The notes under the pieces are model-generated. The model was given only the letters and a program-made list of their open reading frames with translations, had not been told where the DNA came from and did no database searches. A stretch of DNA of 35,560 nt from contig CAXNAA020000022.1 in the NCBI GenBank assembly GCA_964200075.2, forward strand, positions 1 through 35,560, written 5' to 3'. This stretch comes from Sphacelaria rigidula. Its lineage: Eukaryota. Made by a program: the position numbers and the translations under genes. Positions 1 to 9,330 of this stretch are shown one piece after another (the stretch's first letter is position 1; each line of letters begins with the position of its first letter).

Positions 1-356
1 TAAGGTGGTTGTTTCATGAGTGCAGTAGGTCTTGGCATTTATGTCATGCATTGTCCACCCCCTCCCTTCATTAGGCGTTTTCTGCACCTAATGTTGGAAA
101 TTTCTGGAAATGGTTGACCAGACTTCCACCGCCCAATGGAAACCGGTGAGGTTTGACTGGTATCTCACCACGAGATCCCAACCTCCATGTGAATTTGACA
201 TGGAGGGGGTGATGACCCCACCCTATCCGTACTGGTTATATCTTCTGTACTTTTGATTTGCATGTAAGGTGGTCAACCTTTACGCTGTTGTTTACATGTC
301 TAGGTTTTGGATTTATTTTGTCTTGCGTTTGTTATGATTTTGGCGGAAGAATCTCG

Positions 357-730
357 GTTATTTTCCGCGATTCCATGTCTATGTCCGGGCTATGTTAGAG
401 TAGGTTAAATAAAAAGGAGGGTTAGCTTCTCTATTTTATGTCTGTCCAGGCCGTGCTATGGTAGGTGAGATAAAAAATAGGGTTAGCGTCTCTCTTTCAT
501 GTCTGTGTCCGGGTTGTGTTATAGTAGGTTAAATTAAAAAGGAGGGTTAGCTTCTCTATTCCATGTCTGTGTACGGGCTGTGTTATATATAGTAGATGAA
601 ATAAAAAGGAGGGTTAGCTTCTCTATTCCATGTCTATATCCGGGCTGTGTCATAGTAGGTGAAATAAAAAGGAGGGTTAGCTTCTCTATTCCATGTCTAT
701 GCCCCGGCTGTGTCATAGTAGGTTAAATAA
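357..730. repeat. Minisatellite, ~6 copies of a 61-67 bp unit (consensus ~GTTAGCTTCTCTATTCCATGTCTGTGTCCGGGCTGTGTTATAGTAGGTTAAATAAAAAGGAGG)
   Basis: The GTTAGC anchor recurs at 421, 482, 546, 613 and 676, with a degenerate copy near 357. Confidence 0.9.
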
Positions 731-919
731 AATGTGTTTCCGGGGGGGAACCATCGGGTTGGTTAATATTTTTCATGTTGTGTCCGTCGGTCCGGGACTT
801 TTCTTCTAGTGGCGATCCTCGGTATTTGTACGGTGACAGTCTGTACATTTGTTTAGGTTTTGGTCGCTTGTTTTACAGCGCCGTTGCCACTCGACGCCAA
901 CCCAAGAGTCTAGAGGTGA

Positions 920-947
920 NNNNNNNNNNAAGGCACAGGGGCGAGAA

Positions 948-996
<49 letters not shown>
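920..996. other. Assembly gap (10 N, 920-929) followed by a ~49-nt poly-G run (948-996)
   Basis: Directly visible. Poly-G next to a contig edge may be a sequencing or assembly artefact. Confidence 0.9.
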
Positions 997-997
<1 letters not shown>

Positions 998-1265
998 CAG
1001 AGCACTACTCAGCAATGCATATTCTGGTAAGGTGGGTTATAGAACATGGCTCATCGGTGCATACTCTGGCCGGGTGAGCTCGAGAACATAATTCAGCGGT
1101 GCAATTGGTCAGATGAGTGAAGGAACATAACTCAGTGGTGCATACTCTGGCCGGGTAGTTTTAGAAACATAACTCAGCGGTACATACTCTGGTCGGGCGA
1201 GATATAGAACATCACTCAGCGGTGCATATTCTGGCCGGGTGAGTTATAGAACATAAGTCACCGGT
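997..1265. repeat. 42-bp minisatellite, block 1 (~6-7 copies; AGAACATAACTCAGCGGTGCATATTCTGGCCGGGTGAGTTAT)
   Basis: AGAACA-like anchor at ~1041, 1083, 1121, 1163, 1206 and 1248. Confidence 0.88.
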
Positions 1266-1979
1266 TCAAAAGACAGAGAGACGAGGAGCTCACTTTTGTG
1301 CTTTGAGTTTTGTACACATAAATGAGGGATTTGCTTCTCTCCTTATGGCCCAGTATTATGTATATGTTTTCAAATTACACCTGCGGTAAAATTTGTTAAT
1401 GACGATCTACTCCGAGTTTTCTCATGCTGCATGTACCGGCAGACGTGTCATGTGATCACTTAACAGCGCATCCTGATAAATGGGGTCATTGGTGAGCTCG
1501 ACAGGCGAGAGACGAAATCTTTCCGCAGCTCGATGTAATGGCACATGGAAAATTGGGTACATGCTGGTGACATCGATGATGCCAGCCGCTCGAGCGATTG
1601 GTATTCGCCCAGCGAGGGCACACAAAGGACACGGACGAGGAGCTTCCTCCCTGTCGTTGCTTCTCTCTCTGGGATATCGTCATCGACACGTGTGTACACC
1701 GCATTCGTTCGGTGCATTTGACCACAACTGATGATTCACAGTTGCAGAGCTTTGGGGTCAAAGATGGTTTCGCTCTGTGTTACTGTTTCGCGTCATCCTT
1801 GCAAAAAATATATGCCACTTGAACCTCGTTTTTGAGATCGAGTCCATTTTTCAGGATCCGCTGTTGGCTTGTTCCCACCTACACAAGTGACTGGTAGTGT
1901 TGACCACTGTGTTCAGTCTGGTTCCGACCGGATGATTTGTACGTTGTGCAGCATTCCTTATTTTCCGAAACTCAGCCAT

Positions 1980-2342
1980 AAGTTATGCAACATGACTCAG
2001 TAGCGGTGCATATTCCGATTCGGCGAGGTGCACAAGATCATTCAACGGTGCATATTCTGATCGGGTGAGCTATAGAACATCACTCAGCGGTACATATTCT
2101 GGCCTTGTGAGTTATGGAACGTAGCTCAGCGGTGAAAAATTCTGGTCAGGTGAGTAGTATAGGACATGACTCAGCTGTGCATATTCGGGCTGGGCGCGTT
2201 ATAGAACATAACTCAGCGGTGCACACTTCGGCCGGGTGAATTATAGAACATAATTCAGCGGTGCACACTTCAGCCAGGTGAATTATTGAATATAACTCAG
2301 CGGTGTGTATTTTCGGGCGGTGAGGTATAGAACATAACTGAG
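1980..2342. repeat. 42-bp minisatellite, block 2 (~8-9 copies, same family as 997-1265)
   Basis: Anchors at ~2074, 2115, 2161, 2203, 2245, 2287 and 2329. Confidence 0.88.
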
Positions 2343-2799
2343 TCAACTCGTGAGTCAACTCGTGAGTTGTCCGACGTGTGAAATATTGTTCCGGGGTTAT
2401 TTACCACAAGGCTTGTACCTCGAGAATGTTTCAGTAAAAAAATACCCCAGAGGTTCAAGATTGCTCGAGAGTATACGGTATGTGAAACCTCTATAGGGCA
2501 CATGCGTCTCAGAAGGGAATCAATTCCTCCAGATGATTGCAGAGGACTGCAGAGGACTGCGAACGCTCTCGAGTAGGCAACAGCGAATAAAGCAGAGTAT
2601 TACGAAATACCCCACGATTTGGACGAATAAAATCGTGATTCGGCTCGTATTCAACATTTGTACGAATCAATCATTCGATTCGTTCACAAGTTGTGAATCA
2701 TCGTACGTGTTTTGGGTTCATGATTCGTGCGACACTGCTTGGTGTGTACACGTTCCCAGTTCGTGATTCGTGTGGTACACCGTCGAAGGTGCACGTTTC

Positions 2800-3225
2800 C
2801 TACATTTCCTTTGTATGATGGTATGAATCACAGGCACATATTCCCCACTTTCCATTCGTGCGGTATCAACCATTCGGTATATCTTGCCCAATTTCCATTC
2901 ATGCAGCATGACTCACAGGCACGCGTTCCCCACCTTCCACTCATACGCCATGCATCACAGGTAAATGTTCCTCCCCTTCCATACATGCAGCATGAATGAT
3001 ATTTACATGTTCCCCACCATCCATCCATACGAGGTGAATCATCAACCGTACATGTTACCCAATTGTCACCCGTGCAGCATGAATCATACGTACATGTTCT
3101 CCGCCTTCCATACATACCAAGTGGATCAAGTGTACCTCGTACATGTCACGCACTTTTCATTTATGCAACACGAATCATATTTACATGTTCCCCACCTTCT
3201 GTCCATGTGACGTGAATCATGAGAA
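2800..3225. repeat. Degenerate ~42-bp tandem repeat (ATGCAGCATGAATCA...GTACATGTTCCCCACCTTCCATTC), block 1
   Basis: TGAATCA-like anchors at ~42-bp spacing from ~2823 to ~3211. Confidence 0.8.
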
Positions 3226-3653
3226 CATTTTGTTCGCCGCCTGTCGTTCATGGCGCGCGACTCTTTGGTGGCGCCGCCTTTTCTCAGGTGCGGTGTAGGC
3301 AAATAAGAGCGTGCAGGTCGCGAACCCTTTCAGCGCCAAATCCGCGATAAATCAAGTTTCAAGTTTCAAGTTTCAACTGATGTACTCACACGTAACACAA
3401 CGCTTCAAGAGCGGTTCTTGTAGATATTTATTTTTACGGGCTATGCTTTTGACAGCCTTTCTTTGTGGCTTCAAGTTGTGTTCTGTGGTATAGCTTGCCT
3501 GAATATACTGTACTGTATACAACACCACGGACACCTGCGAAAAAGGAAGACAACACCATCACAAGTCGTCCTCGCATGTTCGCGCGGGTTTTCGGAAACA
3601 CTCCGGCAGCGCCCACTGCAGTCGGCGGACAGTACAGTACAGTGCAGTACAGT

Positions 3654-3776
3654 ACACCACATCACATCACACCACACCACACCACACCACACCACACCAC
3701 ACCACACCACACCACACCACACCACACCACACCACACCACACCACACCACACCACACCACACCACACCACACCACA
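3654..3776. repeat. (CACCA)n pentanucleotide microsatellite, preceded by a few CAGTA units
   Basis: Directly visible; it is the source of the HHTTP / CGVVW pseudo-ORFs. Confidence 0.97.
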
Positions 3777-3829
3777 GCGTAGCAATGTACGATCCGTACA
3801 ACAGACACTAGACAACGGTAGCACGAAAC

Positions 3830-4200
3830 CGTCCATTCATACGGCATAAATCATGGATACATCCTGTATTCCTCCCTTTTGATTCATGCAGCATGAATCA
3901 CCTGATTCATGTTCATGTTTTCCACCTTGCATATCGTGAAGCATGAATAACAGGTACACATTTCCCACCTCCCATTCATACGAGATGAATCGAGCGTAAC
4001 CCTTTCACTCATGCAACATGAATTATAGGTACGTGTTCCTCACACCTTCCATTTATACGAGGTGAATCAAGTGTACAGGTTTGGCAATTTCCATCCATGC
4101 AGCATGAATCATACGCACCTGTTCCCCACCTTCAGTTCATGCGGGATTAATCAAGTGTGAATGTTTCCCACCGATGATTCATACAGAAATCGTGAGTGGT
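3830..4200. repeat. Same degenerate ~42-bp tandem repeat, block 2
   Basis: CATGAATCA / TTCCCCACC motifs recur between 3830 and 4200. Confidence 0.78.
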
Positions 4201-5385
4201 ACATATTTTGCACTTTCGACTCGTGTGGCACTACTTGGGGTGTACACATTGACTATGCGTGATTCGTGCGGTATAACGTTGAACGTATACCTTCACTATA
4301 CCGTGATTCATACCGGATGTCTCTTCGGTACATGATTCGCATTCAACATTCATGGGGAGTCAACCCGTACGGTATCAACTCTGATTCGTCCGAACCGTGA
4401 AATACTCCGAGTGTTGAAAAAATGGAGCCGATTGGCCACGTGTGCTGTGACCGAACAGTATTATTTTAGTATTTAAATGGATATGCAAGGATGTACTTCT
4501 CGATCAATTATGACTAACTGTGTGTATAAGCATCTTATCTTGAAGCCTCCAAACTCTACGAAGGGGGAAAGACCCTGAAGCATGTCTACGATCTCATTCT
4601 GAATCCAGATATGTTCACATCGTTCTTCCCAAAATCACACGATCAAGCAAGCCACGCCTGGGCTACCCCCGGTATCAGGACAACTGCAGGGACCACCATT
4701 AGGGGAAGCTGGAGACATCATAGCTCTACCGCACAGTAAGAACACCTCTCCGATTTTGAACTGCGTACGAAAACGCTATTCGTGCGACATGACATTCAGA
4801 TTATATGTCATGCGCAGAAACGAATACAAGAGGAACCCACAAAAACCAATAAAGGGCGAGAAACCGCAAAAGGGTCAGAGACAGCAACAACACCAACTAC
4901 CCACGACACTGTTCACCATGATTCGTGGACGTAACTTGCCTTTGGGATTCCCTATTGATGTGATAGGCGTGGATCGGTCGGCCGTTCATGTTTCGTCAGG
5001 TGGTGAGGTAGACTATTTTTTTTGCCTTTACAGGATGCAGCATATATATGTCCGTCCAAATAGTAGACGCGGCACCAACCACGGAACCCAACCCTTCGAC
5101 ACCTACGCCTACTCCCCCAGAGAAGGTCGCATAATGAGCGTTGCATTCAACGCAGTCATAGAATCTAAGTAAATTTCGCATGAGCCACAAAACACACTGC
5201 ACCATGACAGTATACCGCTCACTATATATAAGTATTTAGGTCCCGGCGATGACAGCCGCTCGAGCTTGAAGATATCAAAACTGATTAAGTCGTCGCAGAA
5301 CACCCCCCCAAGACCTCATATGAACTACAGGCCAACCCGATGCCCTCTAGGTTAGAGCTACTACTTTTAGTGGGCATGAAAGCGA

Positions 5386-8300
5386 TCAAGTGTCAGTGTT
5401 CAAGCACAACGCGACGCCTTGCAATACACAGTGACTTGGGTGTTCAAACATTTGCAAATCCGCTTCAAAAACTAGCCCAACGCCCATCGCGTTTCGACGA
5501 TCCTGGGTGACATAGACGGGTGTCTTGAATGTGTTTTGAATTTTGAGCTTGGAAGCTTCAATCGGAATAACCTGCAAAATTGGCAACTCAGTTACGAGCA
5601 CTTTCGGCTCTTGCCGCACAAGACACGCCTCCTTCATATCCCATGCAGCCCCTTCAAGGTAAAGGCCTGAAACATAGCACCCTGACTCGAGCCTTTCGAT
5701 ATTTTCAGCACTCGTGAATTGCGTCACTTGTGTATAAAGTGTAGACTTGTCCAGGGGCCATTGTTTTATGCGACATGTAGTCTGCACCAAGGCGGTGAGA
5801 AAGCTCTCCGGGATATGCAGACCGGAAAGCCACACAACGGCAGGTTCACCGACAGATAGCCACCGATCATACTGCTCGTATCTTCTGGAAAAGTGCAACA
5901 TCCAGCTTCCCAAGGGTTTCTGGGTGTTGGGGCACAACTTGCGCCACGATGCAGGCAAGAATCCATTGAACAGGGAATCACCAAGATTGTCTAATTCGTC
6001 ACTCATCCCGATTTCCCCCGTAAGAGCCTTTCGCAGGTCTTGAAGCGAGGAGGCCATTCTCATTACCAACACGTTCCATCGCTCCAGCTCTTGCAATAGA
6101 ACAACTTGACACGGGGTTGGAGCATCACCCCCACTACGCAGAGACAACTCTCGCCGAACATTCATTAAGTCGTAGCTGCCTACATCCATGCTCTCAATGG
6201 GAACTTTGGTTTCGATATCCTTGGCAATAGAGGTGATGTAGTCCTCTCTGGACATACCGCCACCGCCGCCGGCTTTTCGAGGTTGCAAGCTGATGAGATT
6301 TTTCCACATGTCTTTGGTTGCGTTCGTGTAATAGCCAATCTCTGCGTTCGGGTGGAGGCCAAACACGGCCGGAGAGTTCACCAAGGGTAAAGTCTCGATG
6401 CTGTCGACGTACACTTGGAGAGGGCCTAGTTCCGGTAACTCGTAGTCGAAACCCGCCCGCGAGAAGAAAAATTTCTGACAGTCGTCGAACAAGAAATCCC
6501 CCATGTACTCCTGCAAGTACGTCGTCAGCACTCGGCGGTCCATATCGTCGGAGACCCGACCGCCGTACATGGCGTCCCCGATGAGAAATTTGAGGGAACC
6601 CCATGGGAGCACTTCATCGCCACCTTCGAAGGCCTTCGACAGGTACAGCGATAGAAGACGGCGGCTAATCAACAAGTCAGACTCGTTGAAATCGTACATG
6701 ACGTTCCAACCAATTTTGCCATATTTCCGTCTCTCCAGTACCACAGCGTGCAAGAACGCAAGAACATACAGGCATGGTCGAAATGCCCAATGCGGACATT
6801 CTTCCAGCACGGTCTCGTCGATTTTGCTATATGTCGAACGCATGTTCAGCTTAAGTCCGTCGGGTGGCTCGGTGACGACTTTCAGCGATCGTTGTAGAAT
6901 GCCAAGGGGGAATTTGTCCGTGGGTTCGGTTGTCAACCACAATCGGAAATCCTTGTGTGGAACTTTCATCAGCTGCAGCGACTTCTCCAGCTTCTTCAGC
7001 CATGACGCTAGTAAATGGCAATTCTGTAATAGTACCCAATGTCCTTTCTGATACCCTTGTTCCATCATTTGTTCCGCGAGGGGGCCTTGGCCCTGCCCTA
7101 AAGAGATGAACTTGAACTTGGTTCCGACGAACCCACGCTGTTCCCCCAAAGTTTGGATGTCCGATTGGGGATCCGCACCTGGCGATAGAACGAATACCAT
7201 CGGCATTCCTGGACTGGACTGGGCGAATATTCTGGCGTAGTCTAAGACTGGCGGTTGCACGTATTTGTCTCCCATTGTCTCCATGACCATTATTTTCACA
7301 GCGTTGTAAACTCGGTCCGGCCGAAAACAGCGAGTGACGCACAGCCGCTGCAGCGGAAGCAACTGCTCACGGAAGTCCCCCGGAAACCCCACGTCCTCCG
7401 GTGCCTCCAGATTCTGCCACTCCCGCCAGACCGTTGGTGAGTGCTCGAAATGCTCTACAAGGGCAGTGCATACTTCATTCAGGTTCGCCATATATATCAA
7501 GTCTTTCCATCCTTGGTCGCTGAGCCACGACGCTGGCTTTGCCTTTGTAGGAACGTCGAGGGAGACATCACCTTTCAGGAAGAAGTCAAGTTCGGTACGA
7601 TTCAATGCCCCATCCCCATCTAAAATCATACAGGTCATCTGAAACGAAAACATCAGTTTGTGTCGTTCAAATATCCCCGTGCATGTGTAGTCATAGATGT
7701 TCCGGGTGACAGCGATGACCATGTTGGATATTCTGCTGTCTAGCACAACGTCCTTCTTCGCATCATCGAGAGCCGTGTTGAACACTCCTAGAAAGGAATC
7801 CAGACTAACCTCATACATACTCATTATGGCAGACAAGCCCGACTCCGCAAAATACAGGATGGAGCCACGCTTTGCAACGGGCTTGTACACAGCACGGGCT
7901 TCGCCGATCTCCTCTTTGGTGAAGGCGGCTTTTTCAAGCTTGATCTTGATCTCCTCGGCCTTGGTCTTGGTGTTCTCGAGAGTCTGGATGAGTTCCTCGT
8001 TGTCAAGAATGTTGCCTTGGCTGCTGCTAAGCTCTTTCAGAAGAGTATCTTCCAAGGACACGATGAGCTGTGCGTTTTCGCTCATATCCGTCACCAGTGC
8101 CGCGTAACTCTCTTCTAAATCCTGCCTTTCGTGAGCCACCACCACGTTGAGGAGTTGGTTGGCCAGACCATCCATGGTAACGCCATAGTTGATTATCATG
8201 GTTTTCCCCATCACTTCCGGGCTGTAATGTGGGTTTGCTAATTTTGTTGTGAAAAACAGTCGGAACCCATCGTCCCAATCAACAACCTTGTCACCGAGCT

Positions 8301-9330
8301 TTATTGTTTTGGAAGCACCATCTTGAGTAATATTTTTCTCCAGCACGGGATCAAGCATGGGATCCAACTCTTCGTCAATGCTCTCGAAAAGGAAGGGGTT
8401 TCCGAATTGTATGGCCAACTCCAAATGTTTCATGAAATCGGTCTCGTTCAGAGTTTTAACCGTAAGATTGCTTCCTGCATACGTGTTCTTGATCCATGAC
8501 ACCGCCTGCTGCTGAGGGTCAATGCACAGCGGGAACCTGGAAGCTTTCGTTGTCAAAATACCGTTCTGGACACTGTGATCATCTGCAGGTAGCCCATTGG
8601 CAATCCATCCTTGAACCGTGGAGTCTGTCGTCAAAAGCGATTCCAGCCGAAACGGCTGCATGAGGGGCACATTTCTCTCACACAAGTCATTAAATAAACG
8701 ACAATACATGAGCTCCGTCCGATAGTCTGTGGTGAAGGCGCCTAAGTACGATAGAAAAGACGAGGCCAACAGGCAGTCACCAACCAGTCGTGCTCCCTGT
8801 TCGTGCAGGTTGCCAATATCCTCTGTCCAGCGTGTTCGTTCCCCCGTCAGTCCGGTTATGAGCTTCGATGCCGCAGTGAGACGTTTCTCCATTAGAGAGG
8901 CTTGAAGTTGTAGCTCCATTAACTCGCCGTTTGCGGTTGTGTAGTTTGCGTTGAGCTCGGAAATTTCGGCCGTCAGCTGCGCGAGAAGTTCCATGAGGTC
9001 GGCCAAGTCCTTCGTTGCTTGTTGCTGGGCCTTCTCCATGTCACGCACCTTTAGACGCAACGGTTCGACGTTCTTCGCGATATCGTGGTACTTGGTAATG
9101 GCGGCCACCCACGATAGCAGACCCAGACCGGCCTTACTCACGCTCTTCATATTGTCGACAGTCAAATTAGGATTCTTGAAGTATTTCTTCACTCCCTTGA
9201 TCATCTTTTCTGTGATGCTGTCTTTGGGATAGTTCTTCAAGTTGTCAAGTAACTTGGAGTTGGAGAGCATTTTCTTGGCATCCGCCCACGTCTCTTCGTA
9301 CTTGTCTCCGCCGGGGCGCAGCAGGCAGCA
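5386..9330 (-). CDS. DNAH10: Dynein heavy chain exon 22 (stalk C-terminal half, AAA5, AAA6, C-terminal domain, stop)
   Basis: 1317-aa ORF; acceptor ttccag|TGC at 9330; motifs [47 protein letters not shown] stop at 5386-5388. Confidence 0.95.
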   Translation of the reverse strand, partial: CCLLRPGGDKYEETWADAKKMLSNSKLLDNLKNYPKDSITEKMIKGVKKYFKNPNLTVDNMKSVSKAGLGLLSWVAAITKYHDIAKNVEPLRLKVRDMEKAQQQATKDLADLMELLAQLTAEISELNANYTTANGELMELQLQASLMEKRLTAASKLITGLTGERTRWTEDIGNLHEQGARLVGDCLLASSFLSYLGAFTTDYRTELMYCRLFNDLCERNVPLMQPFRLESLLTTDSTVQGWIANGLPADDHSVQNGILTTKASRFPLCIDPQQQAVSWIKNTYAGSNLTVKTLNETDFMKHLELAIQFGNPFLFESIDEELDPMLDPVLEKNITQDGASKTIKLGDKVVDWDDGFRLFFTTKLANPHYSPEVMGKTMIINYGVTMDGLANQLLNVVVAHERQDLEESYAALVTDMSENAQLIVSLEDTLLKELSSSQGNILDNEELIQTLENTKTKAEEIKIKLEKAAFTKEEIGEARAVYKPVAKRGSILYFAESGLSAIMSMYEVSLDSFLGVFNTALDDAKKDVVLDSRISNMVIAVTRNIYDYTCTGIFERHKLMFSFQMTCMILDGDGALNRTELDFFLKGDVSLDVPTKAKPASWLSDQGWKDLIYMANLNEVCTALVEHFEHSPTVWREWQNLEAPEDVGFPGDFREQLLPLQRLCVTRCFRPDRVYNAVKIMVMETMGDKYVQPPVLDYARIFAQSSPGMPMVFVLSPGADPQSDIQTLGEQRGFVGTKFKFISLGQGQGPLAEQMMEQGYQKGHWVLLQNCHLLASWLKKLEKSLQLMKVPHKDFRLWLTTEPTDKFPLGILQRSLKVVTEPPDGLKLNMRSTYSKIDETVLEECPHWAFRPCLYVLAFLHAVVLERRKYGKIGWNVMYDFNESDLLISRRLLSLYLSKAFEGGDEVLPWGSLKFLIGDAMYGGRVSDDMDRRVLTTYLQEYMGDFLFDDCQKFFFSRAGFDYELPELGPLQVYVDSIETLPLVNSPAVFGLHPNAEIGYYTNATKDMWKNLISLQPRKAGGGGGMSREDYITSIAKDIETKVPIESMDVGSYDLMNVRRELSLRSGGDAPTPCQVVLLQELERWNVLVMRMASSLQDLRKALTGEIGMSDELDNLGDSLFNGFLPASWRKLCPNTQKPLGSWMLHFSRRYEQYDRWLSVGEPAVVWLSGLHIPESFLTALVQTTCRIKQWPLDKSTLYTQVTQFTSAENIERLESGCYVSGLYLEGAAWDMKEACLVRQEPKVLVTELPILQVIPIEASKLKIQNTFKTPVYVTQDRRNAMGVGLVFEADLQMFEHPSHCVLQGVALCLNTDT

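Larger units (their letters stand above)
2613..4399. mobile_element. Non-autonomous DNA transposon, hAT-like (16-bp TIR, 8-bp TSD), filled with a ~42-bp internal tandem array
   Basis: Left TIR CACGATTTGGACGAAT (2613-2628) versus right ATTCGTCCGAACCGTG (4384-4399): 14/16 reverse-complement match. Flanks AAATACCC (2605-2612) and AAATACTC (4400-4407) form a 7/8 direct repeat. No transposase ORF. Confidence 0.65.

Noticed and set aside
775..1091. Poly-Gly / poly-Pro ORFs and G-quadruplex potential
   Set aside because: The ORFs cross an N gap and the poly-G run abuts a contig edge, so this is likely an artefact.
357..2342. CRISPR-like regularly spaced palindromic repeats
   Set aside because: The units are contiguous and degenerate with no unique spacers, there are no cas genes, and the context is eukaryotic.
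2718..3210. His/Met/Pro-rich short ORFs
   Set aside because: They are by-products of the 42-bp tandem array, with no domain similarity or splice support.
3463..3849. HHTTP / CGVVW repeat proteins
   Set aside because: These are translations of the (CACCA)n microsatellite.
4756..5172. 138-aa plus-strand ORF downstream of the dynein stop
   Set aside because: Non-ATG start, no recognisable motif, and it lies antisense to the probable dynein 3' UTR.
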